From Felis catus (Eukaryota), in assembly GCF_018350175.1 (NCBI RefSeq), contig NC_058368.1:189536001-189600000 (forward strand): a stretch of 64,000 bases of DNA. Reading direction: 5' to 3'. A program made the position numbers and the translations under genes. The number at the start of each line of letters is the position of its first letter. The stretch's first letter is position 1. The notes beneath the pieces are model-generated. The model had not been told where the DNA came from. It ran no database searches and saw only the letters and a list, made by a program, of their open reading frames with translations. Shown here piece by piece: positions 12,350 to 25,650 of this stretch.

Positions 12350-12545
12350 AAGAGCTCAATGCTGAAGATAATAAGATCTAGATTTAAATCACAGTCCTGC
12401 TACTTTCTAGCTGTGTGACCTCAGAAAGTTACTTAATTTCTTTTATTCCCTAGACCTCAGTATCCCTGTCCAAAAAATGGGAATAATTATAGTTGTCATA
12501 GGGTTGCTGTAAGATTAAATGGGGCCATAGTTACTGGCACCATTA
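12350..12545 (+). mobile_element. MIR
   Basis: tagctgtgtgacctc...aagttacttaa...cctcagtatcc...aaaatgggaataat. Confidence 0.75.
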
Positions 12546-13134
12546 TCAGTATAATTAATTCAATAGATATTTAGGGAATACCTACTCTGAACTGATTAGG
12601 ATACATATATGCATAAAACATTGTTTTTTATTTTACAAAATTTGTAGTCAATCATAATTCAGTTCTAGTATAACATCAAGTGTCTCACAAGATATTTGTC
12701 CAAAATACAAGGCAAGAAGGATTAACTCAGCCTGGGGAGCTGGAAACTTCCCTTTACATAGTCAACAATATTTGAGCAGGATTTTGAGGAAGGAATAAGA
12801 TTTTACTGCAAGCTCTCACCAAAGCATCAACATATGCCAGAGGAACAAAACCTCTTGTGGAAATGTTTGCATTTGGGCTGTTCCTAGAGATGGCCAAGTC
12901 CCTGGATTTATTCTCTTGGGTCCAGAAGGGAGCACCCCTGAAGTCAGGAGATCTGACCTGATCCTGGCTTGCTGTGTTATCTCAGTCAGGCCACCTTACT
13001 TCTCTATGCCTCCATTTCTTCAACAGTCAAATGAGATTGATTTCCCACCAAGAGGTTCTACCAGGCTTGAAATTTTAAGTAAGAGGTGTATGAAAGATTT
13101 GGGGAATTAAAAGAGCTATCCAAGCAAATAATAA

Positions 13135-13280
13135 TAAGTAACAAGTGTTTGCTAATCACTTACTACATGCCAGGCACTGTGTCAATCATCTTATCACAAT
13201 CACCATTACCATCGCCACTTTACAGATTAGAAAACCTGTAGACAAGGGAAGTGACTTGCTCCAGGTGACAGAACTAATGT
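13135..13280 (-). mobile_element. MIR
   Basis: cacttactacatgccaggcactgtg...tttacagat...aagtgacttgctccaggtgaca. Confidence 0.7.
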
Positions 13281-13636
13281 CGATGTGTAAGTGAGGGCAA
13301 GGGAGAGTGCTCCTCCTCTCTACCTCTTGACATGCTGTAACTATTTTCTAATTATCACGGGATCTGGCTAGACACTGTGAGAAATGGCAGCACCAAGTAA
13401 TGCCATGTCCACAACTGGATTCAGGGTGCAAAACAGTGCCCTTCTGGAGTCTAGTGGCTTGCTAACCCCTAAAGAAGCACAGAGAATTCTGGGTCCCTCT
13501 GTCCTTTACCAGGGAGATCATAGCCATAGCACATCACTCTTCTTTGACCAGTGGGTGCCAAGAAGAGCTCAATAGCCAAATGCCAAGTTTTGTTGAAACA
13601 CACCCTGGGTCACTGCCTGGACTGGCAGGAGTCGGC

Positions 13637-13658
13637 GGGGGGGGGGGGGGGGGGGGGG
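13637..13658 (+). repeat. G22 homopolymer
   Basis: Direct read. Confidence 0.95.
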
Positions 13659-14304
13659 TGCGGTGGGCAGGAAGCAGCCACCAGAGCACAGAATACATGT
13701 CTGATTGCTGTCGCTATGTCACTGGGATCATCCCTTGGCCATAGGCCCCAGTCCCACAAGACACCCCACTGGAGGGCCCAAGGCTCCTGGAAAGAGCTCC
13801 CTTAATCCCTACAATGATGCTTGGCAGAACAGAGCTAAGGGAACCAAGACTACCAATGCCTCCATGCCATAAGCAGGAAGGATCAGCTGTGAGAAGCTGA
13901 CTGTGAGACTGGCTGGGGTTCCCAGAGCAGACCTACTGGGGAGAATGTGGAGGATGCATTGGGCTGCCCAGGGGCAGGGATAACTGAAGCTTCACAGATG
14001 AAAAGGTCAGCTTGGGGTGTCAAAGGAATGTTATCCACTGAGAAAACCAGGAGGTAAAAGCTCCCAAGGCAAAAATGGCACCCACGATGGTCCAGAACTG
14101 GGAGAGAACCCTGGTTACAATTCTTTTCTGCTCTTGAGGAAAAGAAGGAATGGGGAGATAGCTACTGGCACATAAAGTAAGAGTAGAGTAGGGTGCTGGC
14201 TGTCTACCTGCTACCCCCTCAGCATTCTAGCCAGTTGTCCAATTTTCTTTCTTTTTCCTCCTCTTTTTCCTCTTCTTCCTCATCTCTTACTACTACTTCT
14301 AGAT

Positions 14305-14505
14305 AAGATTTATTGAGTACTACCTCTGAGGCAAGTTAATGTTAAGTGCTTTATATGCATCATCTTATTTAATCTGCATAACAACCCTCTGAGTATATAT
14401 AAAGATTTCAGAGGAAGAAACTAAAGTTCAGAGAGGATTAAATAAATTGCCCAAGGTCACAGATCTGACACAGCATCCAAATCCAAAGTCATACTCTAAA
14501 CTTTG
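14305..14505 (-). mobile_element. MIR
   Basis: atttattgagtactac...aagtgctttatatgc...gaaactaaagttcagagagg...tgcccaaggtcacag. Confidence 0.8.
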
Positions 14506-15349
14506 CACAACCTTGTCTATGAAGCCTGTTTGTAGAGAGCGAGCCCATCAGACAACTGCCTACCAGACACTGAGCTCCAGCTAAGTTATTTTTCTTTCTT
14601 ACCAGCTGTGTTACAGTATAAATCCCTGAAGGGAACTTTCTTTAAAAGGGAGGTGTTGTGAGAGTACTCAACTGTTCTCACATAGGGATGTAATAAACTT
14701 TCTGCCTTTTGAGGGTTTGAGAAAGAAGCATTCCCACCCCAGGGGAGGGAGTCAGTGAAAAGAAAGTGAGATCATTGTTCTAGGCTGATGAAAAGGTAGA
14801 CTTTGAAGTCAGCCCCTAACCAATGATACTATTGACAACTCTGACATTGGAGCAAGTGAGGACAAGCTAAGAGAGCCTAAGTTCCCAGTGCAACCATGAC
14901 CAGACTTGAGTTGAAGCCTCCCCCCAAGAATGGTGCAGAATTATGCTTTACCAGTCACACCATGGGCCAGTGAGAAACCACATCAGTAGAAGACTGACCG
15001 TACTCCAATTCCCTCCTCAGTAAGTATCCAACAAAGACTAACCACCCTTCGGGCTAAGTAAGCTAGCCCTGGGATTTGGGATAAGTTAAGGGGTGGTGGG
15101 AGACTCTGGGTTTCCTTTAATAAGTCATGTGAGGATTTCAAGCAATTACATGGAAAAATAAGAAAACTGATTCTATTTACATACTGAGGTTGCTCCACAA
15201 GCAGTGATATTACAGAGTTCTTCTTTGGTGTTTCTCCTATTAGTATTTCTATTCTGTTGGCAAGATATGACAAAGGAGTAATTGAAATAACTTGCTCAAG
15301 AGAGTTATAACTCACCAACACAAGGATGGTTTCTCTCCTCCAATCAAAT

Positions 15350-15462
15350 CAGGGTCGTCATATATGGCTACTCAGGCTGTACACTGCTCAACTCCAAGGG
15401 GCACTATTCAAAAAAGTATGATGTAAATGGTTTCTCCTGGAGTTATTCAATGAAGAGGCAAT
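15350..15462. mobile_element. MER91-like palindromic MITE
   Basis: cagggtcgtcatata...caactccaaggggcactattca...tgtaaatggtttctcctggagtt has internal dyad symmetry. Confidence 0.6.
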
Positions 15463-15657
15463 AAAATTCACTCTCCCATATTTTAAGGATCAAGTCAGAT
15501 ACATCCTTTTCCACTCGGCCTTCCCCCAAACAGCCCAGCTGACAGGAATCATTCCCTCTTCTGTATACAGTGTACTCCCACAGTATATTCTCTACAACAA
15601 GACACTTCCTGCCTTGTAGTTACTGCTTCATGTGAATAGCTTATCTTTCCCACCAGA

Positions 15658-15812
15658 CTATGGTTCTTAACCCTTTTGGGAGTCCTGGGCCCCTTTGAAA
15701 ATCCTATCAAAGATACAAATATTTCCCCAAAGGAAAAAAGAGTGCACAGACACATGTAATTTTGTATCCAATTTCAGGAAGTTCATGGATGCCCTAAAGT
15801 CCATCCACAGCA
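15658..15812 (+). mobile_element. MER117-like hAT MITE
   Basis: tggttcttaacccttttggg...cccctttgaaaatc...caatttcaggaagttcatgga...ccatcca. Confidence 0.65.
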
Positions 15813-15814
15813 AT

Positions 15815-15940
15815 TTAGTATGTGGCTTCCACTAGAGCAGAGACAGTATCTGTCTTATTTACAATGGTATCCCAAAAATTAACACAATGCTTGAGACATA
15901 GTAGCATAATAAATGCCTGTTGAATGAAGAAATGATTGAA
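15815..15940 (+). mobile_element. L2 3' end
   Basis: acacaatgcttgagacatagtag...aataaatgcctgttgaatgaa. Confidence 0.7.
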
Positions 15941-16289
15941 CCCTGGAAAGTCCTCGAGTGCAGGGTCAGTGTCAGAGCCATTTCTGTGGCCTCAGGAGAG
16001 TTTCCAAGAGAGTGGACCCTCAACCACCCTGACATAACATTCAAAAGGCCAGCTGATAAATCAATGCTCAGTCCCCCTCAGGCTTGGGCACCTCAACCAG
16101 CCTTGGCCCTTCCAGGCCCAGACAGACGAGGAAATTTTGCCAAGCTCCAGAGTCCCCACCATGGAAAGGTGCTGAATGGGAAATCTAAGCTGACACAATG
16201 ACTTTTTGGCCACAAATTTACATTTCCCTTCCTTTCTGTCTAAGGAGATAGCAAAGTTTGTTTAGTGAGGTGAATGAGAATGTTAATAA

Positions 16290-16510
16290 AAATAATAACA
16301 GTCCTTTATATAATTTGCAAATTAAACTGTCCTCCACATTTTCACACATGTGGCCTCATCTAGACTTTGCACATCATCCAGTGAAATAGATATTGCCTTC
16401 ATTTTACAGATCAGGAAGTCAAGGCTCAGAGAGGCCAAGTGACTTGCCCAAGTCACAGTGTTTGTCAAAGGCTAGAACTAGCTTCGGATTCTGTTTCTCT
16501 AGAATTCTTT
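16290..16510 (-). mobile_element. MIR
   Basis: cattttacagatcaggaagtcaaggctcagagaggccaagtgacttgcccaagtcaca. Confidence 0.8.
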
Positions 16511-17089
16511 TGCTGACCTCAGGCTGCTATCTGAGCAATTACTGAATCACATATTAAATGTCTTCCATATGCAGACGTCAGCATACACTGAGTTTAGTCT
16601 ATCTGGGCCATGCCCCAGAGTTTTTCTGCATCAAGCTAGCAAAGTTAATCTGCTCAGCAACTATCACCTGCCACAGGCTTCCAGCTGCCAGAGGCTGGGC
16701 TAAATCTGGTCAGGGGCTGCCACTAGGATTCTCTTAAGTCAACAATCAGCAACACAGTGGACCAAAATGGCCCACCCCTCCTCTATTACCAACTGCTGAC
16801 CACACCAACTTCTCAACCACACCTCCTCTCTGCCAAGAGTAGGCTAAGCATGTCCTCATTCTTTGGCCACCAGACATGACAGAAGTTGAAGGACTGGAAC
16901 CTCAGTTTCCACAAAGAACAGTACAAATGACTGAAGGAAAGAAAATGAGATTGGGAAATGAGTCAAAAGACCTCTTAGATCAGGGTCCCCTACTGGAAGG
17001 AAAAGAAATCTGTGAGAGGCACTCCACATGATCTTTAAGTACACAAAGGTACATGTCTCTGTGGATGATTTAGACTCTCTTCTGTCTGT

Positions 17090-17332
17090 ATCAGAAGTAA
17101 AGAAAGGTAAGAGCTCCCACTGCAACAGGAAAATTTTAGGTTAAGTGTGAAGAAGGACTTCCCAAATGCAAGAGTGAATGAGGCCATGGAAAGCCCACCC
17201 CTAGAGAGCTCCAGAGTAGGATTTGCAACGCTTAGTATCAAATTGCTTAAGGGCAAATTACCTTGCATTAAGATAAAGGGGTATGTCAGCTGACCTTGAT
17301 ACAGGCCTCCCTTCCAAATCTGAAATTATGTT
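17090..17332 (+). mobile_element. L3/CR1 3' end fragment
   Basis: tgcaacaggaaaattttaggttaag...aggacttcc...cccttccaaatctgaaattatg. Confidence 0.55.
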
Positions 17333-18764
17333 GCCACTGCAAATCATAGTAATACCTTACAGCTGTATAGACTTTACAGTGTTCAAAGCCTTTTATGGAG
17401 ATTGGATCATCTTTGACAATTCTGGAAAGTAGTCTGGGAAGAAATTACTATCTCCAGTTTATAATGAAGAATGAGATCTTGGGACCCTGACAGGGCAATG
17501 CTTCTTCCATCAAGCTGTGGAGAGCCATGCATTTTACCAGCTGAGATTTCAGCTCTCAGTAGCTCAATAGACAAGGTCTGAATCCTTATGCCAACCACTT
17601 GGATTTCTGAGAAAGCCCAGGGAAGCTCTACACAGACATTGAGGGCTGGGGGTTGGACAGCTGCACAGCCACAGCAGCCAAGAGTGAGAAATTACAGTGA
17701 CACCCCTTATCTGGCCGGAGCTGCCTGAAGATAAGGTAGAAAATAGTGCACGTCACAGTTACTTCCTGGGTTTGTGTTCAGACAACCACTGCCCCATAGT
17801 CCCATTAAAAAAGACTCCAGCCATGAAATGCTCCTCTCTTCCTGTCTTTTTGTCTTCTCTCTGTTCTTTGCTCTCTCCCCAAGCCTCCTTCCTTATCTTA
17901 CCGATAAGATAAGAGGCATGCTAGTCCTCACCTCTCACCTCTCACCTCTCACTGCAGGGCAGAGAAGCCACTCACATGATGACAGGTGCTGGGAAAAGTC
18001 CCTTGCCCCCAAAAATCTCCCTTTTGCAAGAGTTAATGTTCCCAAAATGAAGGGCAGCCTGACATGTATATTGATTAGTTAAATCTCTAGCAACTTGGTG
18101 GGAAATATTTTATCACAATGTCTCCCTTTGTACCAGGAGTAGATCTAGTGATGTATCTAGTCTACAGTGGTGATAGGCATAAAGATACATGGCTCCAGAC
18201 CTCCTGGCACTCCTGGTCTGATACACAGATTCCCTCAACTTTGATATAGGAGTGCATATCCTAATTCCTCTCAGTCTCCAGGCAGCTGGGCAGCAGATAC
18301 AAGGGCAGCCTAGTCCCTCATACGAAGTTCTCATTTGTCATTTTCTATGTGTGCTGCATCATGAGAAAGGCTGAGCGCTGATATAGTGGACCTACAGCAG
18401 TCAAATCCAAGGCTCCTAGAGAGAGGAAGGGAAGGCACTGAAAGGGAAAGACAACCCCAGACTAGAGAATTGGAGAGCCTAAAGATAACTGTTACTTCAC
18501 AATAGGTCTGGGATTTACTCGACTCCCCACTGCCACCCTCAATCCATTCACACACACACCACAACCCAACTGAAGAATTCCTATGGACTGTCTTTTAACA
18601 GAGGCTGACCTTGAGATCAGGGCTCTTGAGAGCCTCTGATCTCCCACTTGCTTCAATTTCCAAGCCCGCTATTTCACTCTTGTTTTGGCTCTCCCAAGAT
18701 CTGAGGGGTAAAGGGTCCCAAGACCACACAGCATGTGAAAATAAAGTGAATGAAAAGTTAGATC

Positions 18765-18972
18765 AGGCACCAATGTACCTGGATTTGAATCCTGGCCCAT
18801 CACCTACTACTAATCCTGCAACCATACGCTTATTACTTAACTTGTCTACCTTCCCTTATCTGTACAATGGGTATTTTAATAGTACTTACATTGTTGTAGT
18901 CTACGGAAGACTAAATGAAATAGTACAAGAAGATGCTTATTGGAATATGATAAGCATTCAACAATATTAGTA
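18765..18972 (+). mobile_element. MIR
   Basis: cctggatttgaatcctggc...ttacttaacttgtct...ttatctgtacaatggg. Confidence 0.75.
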
Positions 18973-20077
18973 GCCAGGTCTGGAGGCTTTCCCTTTGGAT
19001 TTGCAGTACAGTTTTTGTTTTGTTTTGTTTTGCTTTGTGTTTTTACCAAATTTCCCTTTGTGTCATGGAGAGGAGCCTGAGATACTTATGACTCAGTTCC
19101 TGATGCAGGGGAAAGAACAACCCTTTGAAATGTCACCAGAAGTGTACTTTGTCCTTGCTGCAGAATTTTGTACCTCTCCACATCTTCTGTATTTCCTAGT
19201 AGAACAAAGCAGACCCAAAATCTGAGGTCTCCCCACCATCTCTCAAGACCAGCCTCTTGAATCAAATTACAGAAGGATCATCTTTTCAAATGCAACTTTG
19301 ATATCAGACTAGCCAAGAAGATACAGTGCTCTGGTCTTAGTGACACAATTCTTATCTCACTAGTGATTCTTGCAAAGAAAGATATGAAAGTCTCATTCTT
19401 CCACAGAAGAGCTTGAGTAGAATTGAAGATTGTGCAGTTCGGGGGAGACTTGCTATATAATATCTGAAATCACTAGACATTTGAAAGCAGAAATGTCTTT
19501 CTCCTTTGAGTATTGCATCCTAACTGCCATCCAGAGATGATTTATATGTGCTCATCCTTATTACAGACTACACATAATAAAGGCATGATAGAAATCATAT
19601 CTGCATAGATTCAGGCAGCTCTGGGAGAGAGGTTGCCAGTTTTGTTTGACAAGACACTCAATCAAGCAAAAAGGTTTAAAATATTCCAGGAGGATCTCAC
19701 TGCCTGCTCAAGACTGTATATTTTTATCCAGATAACAGAAATCCTAATTGAACACAACATTAGTACTCATTTTTCCTAACTCCTTCTTGAAATAAGAAGC
19801 ACCAAAGGAAAATTATGGAAACGCTCTGCTTTTGCAGGCTGGGGTTATGAAAGAGGAGAGTTCGCCATTCGGCTGTTCTCATAAACTCAGGCGTGGTCAC
19901 TTCTTTGAGGGCTTCTAAGCAGAAAGTGAGGTCTGTGGACACCGTTTTCAGCAAGAAACACACACAGAGCTGACTTTTTCCCTACATTTTTGACTCACTG
20001 CATGAAAACCTGCCTTCGGGATTTCTTCATATGTTTAAATCCCTTTAAAAGTCTTCCCTGCCCTTAGATTTATAGGA

Positions 20078-20490
20078 GGGTCTAAACCAGGGGAGGCAAA
20101 TGAGACACTTACCCAGGTGCAAAATTTAAGAGGACACCAAAAACTCAGGAACCAAAATGAGTAGTTTAATGCATTTTTAAAAAAAAAATTAGAAATGAAG
20201 GCCAAAAAAAAAAAAATCCACAGTGAACAAAATACCAGAATTTTAAATAAAAACAGAAACCCAGTCTATAGTTGTACAATGTCGTCTCACTCACTTCAGC
20301 CCTGGACCCACAAAGATTCATTTACAAAAACAGGCCAGCTGGTCTGCAAGTTATATTTCACTGATTTTATTTCTTAAAATTGCATTAAAATATTATTCAT
20401 CTTGATCCCTGCATTTTTTTTTTTTTGGTGCCTACTTAAATTTCACCCAGAAATAAAATGTCTCACTTGCCTTATCCTACTCCTAGCCCC
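20078..20490. mobile_element. MER96B-like hAT MITE with long inverted arms
   Basis: Left arm aggcaaatgagacac...aaatttaagaggacaccaaaaa...tttaatgca mirrors right arm tgcattaaaa...ttttggtgcctacttaaattt...gtctcacttgcct. Confidence 0.75.
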
Positions 20491-22699
20491 AGAATAGACT
20501 AAGATGCTCCAAAACTCTCCAGGAAATTTAAAGACCCCAAATCTACTTGTTTAAATACCCCCTCACCATCACACCATCCAACGGCACCAAAGACCTTTAA
20601 TCCAGACTAAAGGTAAGGAGGTGAGGAAAAAGCCATCATCCTAGCTTCCAAAAAGAATCTCTTTTCTAGCCATTATGAGGGCTGACAGGTTGATAAAATG
20701 TTTCAAGGCATAATGTTCAAACAGAGAAAAAATTAAAAATGTAATAATAAAGTTAAATGTAACTGTTTTAATGCATAATTCTTTTGAGAGACGAGTTTTA
20801 TGTTGGACCAGCATTTGAAGTAGCAGTAGTCATTATTAACGGGAACCTCCGAGAGAGAAGATTTAAATCACCAAAGTAATAAAAGCAGAACCAAGGACTA
20901 GCACCTTGAAAGGCACTTGGAGAGAAGATTGCATACAAATGCAATTAAAACGATGCTTATAAAATACTAAGATGTTAATTGGGTTCAGTCCCAGAAGCCC
21001 CAGCAGTACAGTATGTCAGAAGTTAGCTGGTTTGAAGTTTAAAAAGAGTAGTTTAATTTGTACACCTTGTCCTAATTACAGAGCTTTCTGCAGCCCACGT
21101 ATCTGTATGGTTTATTGTAGCTTGGAGCTTTGTAAAACAAACACACACACCAGTTAATTGGGTTATTGCGATGGAAAATTGGGCTACAGAACAGCAACCT
21201 CTCTTGCTGGCGTGCCTTTACGGCTGGTAATGAACGCTCCAGCCACGTCAGGGAACCCTGATTTGTAAGGTGTGCCGTTTACAGCTTGGTGATTCTGTTG
21301 GGCTGAGGAATAGGAGGTGATGCCGTGAAAACAAAGAATCACACCAGATAATGTTCCCTCACGACCATGCTCCCGCCCCAGCTGGCTTGTTTAGAACTTT
21401 TAGCACTGCCACCCCACTCCCTGGTCCCTGCCCTTTCAAACATCCCAGCCTGTCTGAAGGCCACATTCTCACATTAAAGCCCTAAGCCCCTGGCATGGAG
21501 CAAGAAGAGGGCTCCTCCAGTAGCCCTGTTTTTAGAGCACCTGCAGGGAGACCTTGTGAGGTGGTGGTTTTTCTCCTAACCAGCAAATAAATACGTAATA
21601 CTATCAAAATAGGATCATTAAATCGGATTAGGAGTGAGTGTGGCTGAATCGTTTTCCAGGAGTCCTATTGGAACGTGCTTCCCACGGTTGGGATTTGGGC
21701 CATTTCATGCCTGAGACTGGCAAGCTTCCTTCATGAGAGAGGCCATAAAGCTGTGACATATCACGGGTTATGGTCTCTCTCAGTCACTCTCCCAGTCCCC
21801 TTCTACCTCTAGTAGCTAAATGTGAATCTGAAATGAAGTGAGATGAGAGTATTGGGACTTTTATTCCTATGCCAGCTAAATTATTCATCTCTAGGAGGTC
21901 CACAAGTGAGCAACGAGGCAGCAGCAAGTGTGGAAAACAACAAATGCAAGATCCCCAGCCCAGAACCCAGCTAGTCAAAAATATAAGAGGGCCCCTTAAT
22001 CTTTTCCATGACTGAAAAAGAAATATCATCCTATGCCACAACCCAGGGCAGTTTTTCAGATGGAGTCTGTGGTCCAGGCCAGCCAGGGGTGGCCAGCACA
22101 AAGCAAACTCAGACAGTCAACACCTAATTCCAACTTCTCTTCTACCTGGGTACAGCGACTGGCTCCTCACAACAGAGAGGAAAGTGATCTGACAAATGAA
22201 GACACCTGAAGAGTTGATGTCTCAAAGTTTTCTCCAACCAAGAATATTTGCAGCTTAAAGGAGACTTGCCATGGGCAGGCCACACTTTACACAGATCGGG
22301 AGAGGAAGGGCTTGGGAGTCAGGGCTCTCACACAGGAGTTCATCCATCATGCAGAGTGGACTTTAAAACTCTCTCAACACTGAGGATAAACTTTTCAATG
22401 CTCCAGGGGCTGTAAAGAATCTTGAAATGCAAAGTCTGTCCAGCCAATGAGTTGACATTTAGGAGAGGCAAAGCCCAAACCTGCCTTTAAGGTACAGGGC
22501 TGGTCTGGAGGTTGAGTGGAGTAGGGATAATTATCTGTACCAACAATCTCCCTGTGCCTGAAAATGTGGACTTCAAAATATTTACTTTGGGTTAATCAAA
22601 ATCCTAAAGGGAAAATTCCCCTGTCCCAAAGCCTGGATTTGTAAGTAAGCCTGGTTATGCTTACTTCCACTTAGCTTGCAGGAGCAGAGGCTCAGCCCA

Positions 22700-22890
22700 G
22701 TGAATAATCCTGGCTCACTCTTACTAGCTTGTGGCCTGGGGCACACTCCTTAACCACACCTGCTTCAGTGTCCACATCTGTAAGCCAAAGACAATTATAT
22801 TACCTTCCTCGTGGGGTTCAAGGAGCCAATGTAGGTAAAGCACTTAGAACACTGCCTGGAACACAACAAGCAAATAAATGTTACCTATTA
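22700..22890 (+). mobile_element. MIR
   Basis: aatcctggctcactcttactagc...cttaacc...catctgtaa...taaagcacttagaacactgcctgg. Confidence 0.8.
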
Positions 22891-22904
22891 TAATTACTAC
22901 TATT

Positions 22905-23060
22905 AATATTATTCTTGCCTTACAGATGAGACTTAGAGAAGTTGAGTAATATGCTTAAGGTCACACACACATACACACACACACACACAAAGAGGTGAAA
23001 GAGCAGAAATTCACATTCAAACCTAGGCATTCGTACCCCTAAGCCCAGGATCTTAAATCA
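22905..23060 (-). mobile_element. MIR fragment with an internal (CA)n
   Basis: ttacagatgag...aaggtcacac(ac)n...attcaaacctagg. Confidence 0.65.
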
Positions 23061-23977
23061 TTATGGAGGGCAAGTCTTCCTGAGGGGATACCTCTCACAC
23101 CCCAGGACTCATTTAGTCAATCTGGGTCTTTTCCAACCTATAACCTGGAAGAAAGGGGATAAACTGGGACATTTGAGAACAGCATGGTGCCTGAGATAGG
23201 GTATATCTGAGGAGAGAAAAAAAAAATTGCAGATCTGAGAATCCCAGGTCACAACAGACACACCACCCATTTCACAATCTTACCAAATGGGTCTCAACAC
23301 TGGGAATCAGACTTAAGGACGGTGGCAAGGAGAAATTCCTGCAGTGCAAAGCTGCTATGGTTTCTGCTTAAAATTGACTTTGAGGTTGTATTAAGAAGCG
23401 AGAAAGCGTCAGCAAACCCAACCTCCCTGGCTCTGACAAGCCCGCGGCAGGCAGGTTATTATTATTATTTATTATTTGTTGATGGATATTCAAAGCCATC
23501 AGTCAGGTCTTCCCCCCGGGCCAGGAAGCTGAGGAGAAACAGCACTGGAAATCTCGCGCTTGGTTTCCAGAGCTGCTCGGGAAGAGAGAGTTATTAAAGT
23601 ACACTTTGCTATTGCCATCTGCTCTGTGGGGTGCTTGACCCTACATCTGACTGCAGGCTTCTCCTGTCCCTGCAGTACAGGCAACAAAAAGTCATACAAA
23701 TTGCAAAGAGAGACTCCAGGGAAGGGTGAGGAGGAACTCACGGGAAGGAGGAGAATGCAGGAGCTTGTTGGAGTGGGGATTTCAAACTCTTGTTTTGTAC
23801 CCTCTCTGCCTTAACCTTTCATCACTCCATAACCACCAGACTTGGCAAGACCAAAAGATGAAAAAATTGCCCACAGAAGGATGGATGGAGCTGTCAATGG
23901 CAATAAAAGTCCATGTAATAAGAGAAGAGTCACTTGCCACATCATGCCACAAGGGTGAACACTGACCATATTCCTCA

Positions 23978-24204
23978 CCAGGGCTTTCAAACTTTTTTGA
24001 CCCTGACTATGACCCACAGTTAGAAATGCATTTTACAATATGCCCCAACCCCCCATGCACAAACTCACAGGTGAAACAAATATATTTCCCTGAAAAAATA
24101 CTCACTTTTACCACACGGGATGCCCTCCAATTCTTTCTATAATCTTTTAATTCTCCTTTTTCTATTTTATAATTAAAAATTTTTTCTAATGTTTATTTAT
24201 TTTT

Positions 24205-24242
<38 letters not shown>

Positions 24243-24472
24243 CAGAGCATGAGTGGGGAGGGGCAGAGAGGGAGACACAGAATCCAAAGCAGGCTCCAGG
24301 CTCTGAGCTATCAGCACAGAGCCCAATGCAGGGCTCGAACTCATGAACCACGAGATCATGACCTGAGCTGAAGTCAGATGCTCAACTAACTAAGCTACCC
24401 AGGCCTTCCTAATTCTCCGTTTTAAAAAAAATCTTGGTAAAGACCCATAAAATTAATTTCATACCCACTGTA
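23978..24472 (+). mobile_element. MER112-like hAT MITE interrupted by a Can-SINE
   Basis: cagggctttcaaactttttt...gacccacagttagaaatgcattttac; resumes after the SINE with gacccataaaattaatttcatacccact. Confidence 0.55.
24162..24409 (-). mobile_element. Can-SINE (felid SINEC)
   Basis: Antisense tRNA head, (GA)n and T-rich tail. TSD taattctcc(t/g)tttt at 24148-24161 and 24410-24423. Confidence 0.95.
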
Positions 24473-24479
24473 GGCCTTG

Positions 24480-24568
24480 GGAATAAGAATCCTCGGAGAA
24501 TGAAGTCAGGAGACCAACATTTTAACAACAAGCACACTGATGATTCTTTTGCACACTAAACTGTGCCT
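24480..24568. mobile_element. MER5-like fragment
   Basis: agaatc...cattttaacaa...tgattcttttgcacactaaa. Confidence 0.45.
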
Positions 24569-24672
24569 TCAACCCTCAGCTGCCTCAACTTATCTTCTAA
24601 AGGAACTATTGAAATCATCCAGGAATTCTCAAAGTCTGGAGGTGGCATGCTCTGTCATGCCTATTCTAGGTC

Positions 24673-25142
24673 TGTTAGGGTTAATTTTATGTGTCAACTC
24701 ACCTAAACTATGGTGTCCAGTTGTTTGGTCAAACACTAGTCTAGATATTGTAAAGGCATTTTGTAGATATGATTAACTTTTACTATCAGTTGACTTTAAG
24801 TCAAGCAGATTATACCCCATAACATGAAATAGCCTCAGCCAATGGGTTGTGGGCCTTCAGAAGAAAGACTAAGAAGACTAAGAAGAATTTCTTCCCAAAG
24901 AAGAAATTATGCCTCAAGACTATAACAGAAATCCAGCCTGAGCAGCCAGCCTGCCAGCCTGCCCTACACATTACAGACTTGCCAACCCCCACAATTTCAT
25001 GAGCCAATTCCTTAAAATACATCTGATTTAATGCATTATATATATGCATGTATATATACATATATACAAATATATATGCATATACATATAAAACTCCTAG
25101 AGGTTCCTCCTTCTGTTTCTTTCAAGGATCCTAACTGACACA
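24673..25142 (+). mobile_element. ERVL solo LTR (MLT2D-like) with intact 5-bp TSD
   Basis: tgttagggttaattttatgtgtcaact...ctaactgacaca; TG...CA termini; TSD AGGTC at 24668-24672 and 25143-25147. Confidence 0.9.
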
Positions 25143-25199
25143 AGGTCTTAAATCACATTTACTACTATATAAACTTCTTAAAATAAAAAAAAAAGAGAA

Positions 25200-25650
25200 T
25201 GTTTACTCTGGCCACATGGTGGAAACTAATACTAAAGAGTAGGAAGAGTAGACAAAGACTTGAAATCTAGGTGAGAAACAAGTACCTAAGGTTGAGTAGT
25301 GGGAATGGAGAGAATAGGGTGTGTTTCCAAAACACTTATGAGCCATGGTCCGTGAAATTAATAGTTAATTTCTTAAAAGGTTGAAGGAGAGTAAGAAGTA
25401 CAGAATGACACCCAGGTTTTGGCTTGGTTTGGCAAGTAGAAATAAAAAACAGAGTGGGCAGTTTGGGAAAGAAAGATGATTAATTGAAATTTATACATAT
25501 TACATTTGTGATGTTTCCAAAAACCCGTAGGTGAATATATCTAGTAGGTGGCTGCTACATATGTCTGGAGTTTAGAATCAGATCCAATCTAGAGAGAGAT
25601 TTTGGAGTCATTCACTTCATAAATAGGATTTGAAGACATGAAGGGTAGAT
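25200..25650 (-). mobile_element. L2 fragment
   Basis: gaatgacacccaggttttggcttgg...gagattttggagtcat. Confidence 0.6.

Noticed and set aside
19835..19930. Possible + exon after ctctgcttttgcAG
   Set aside because: Weak donor, stops in the frames examined and no recognisable protein.
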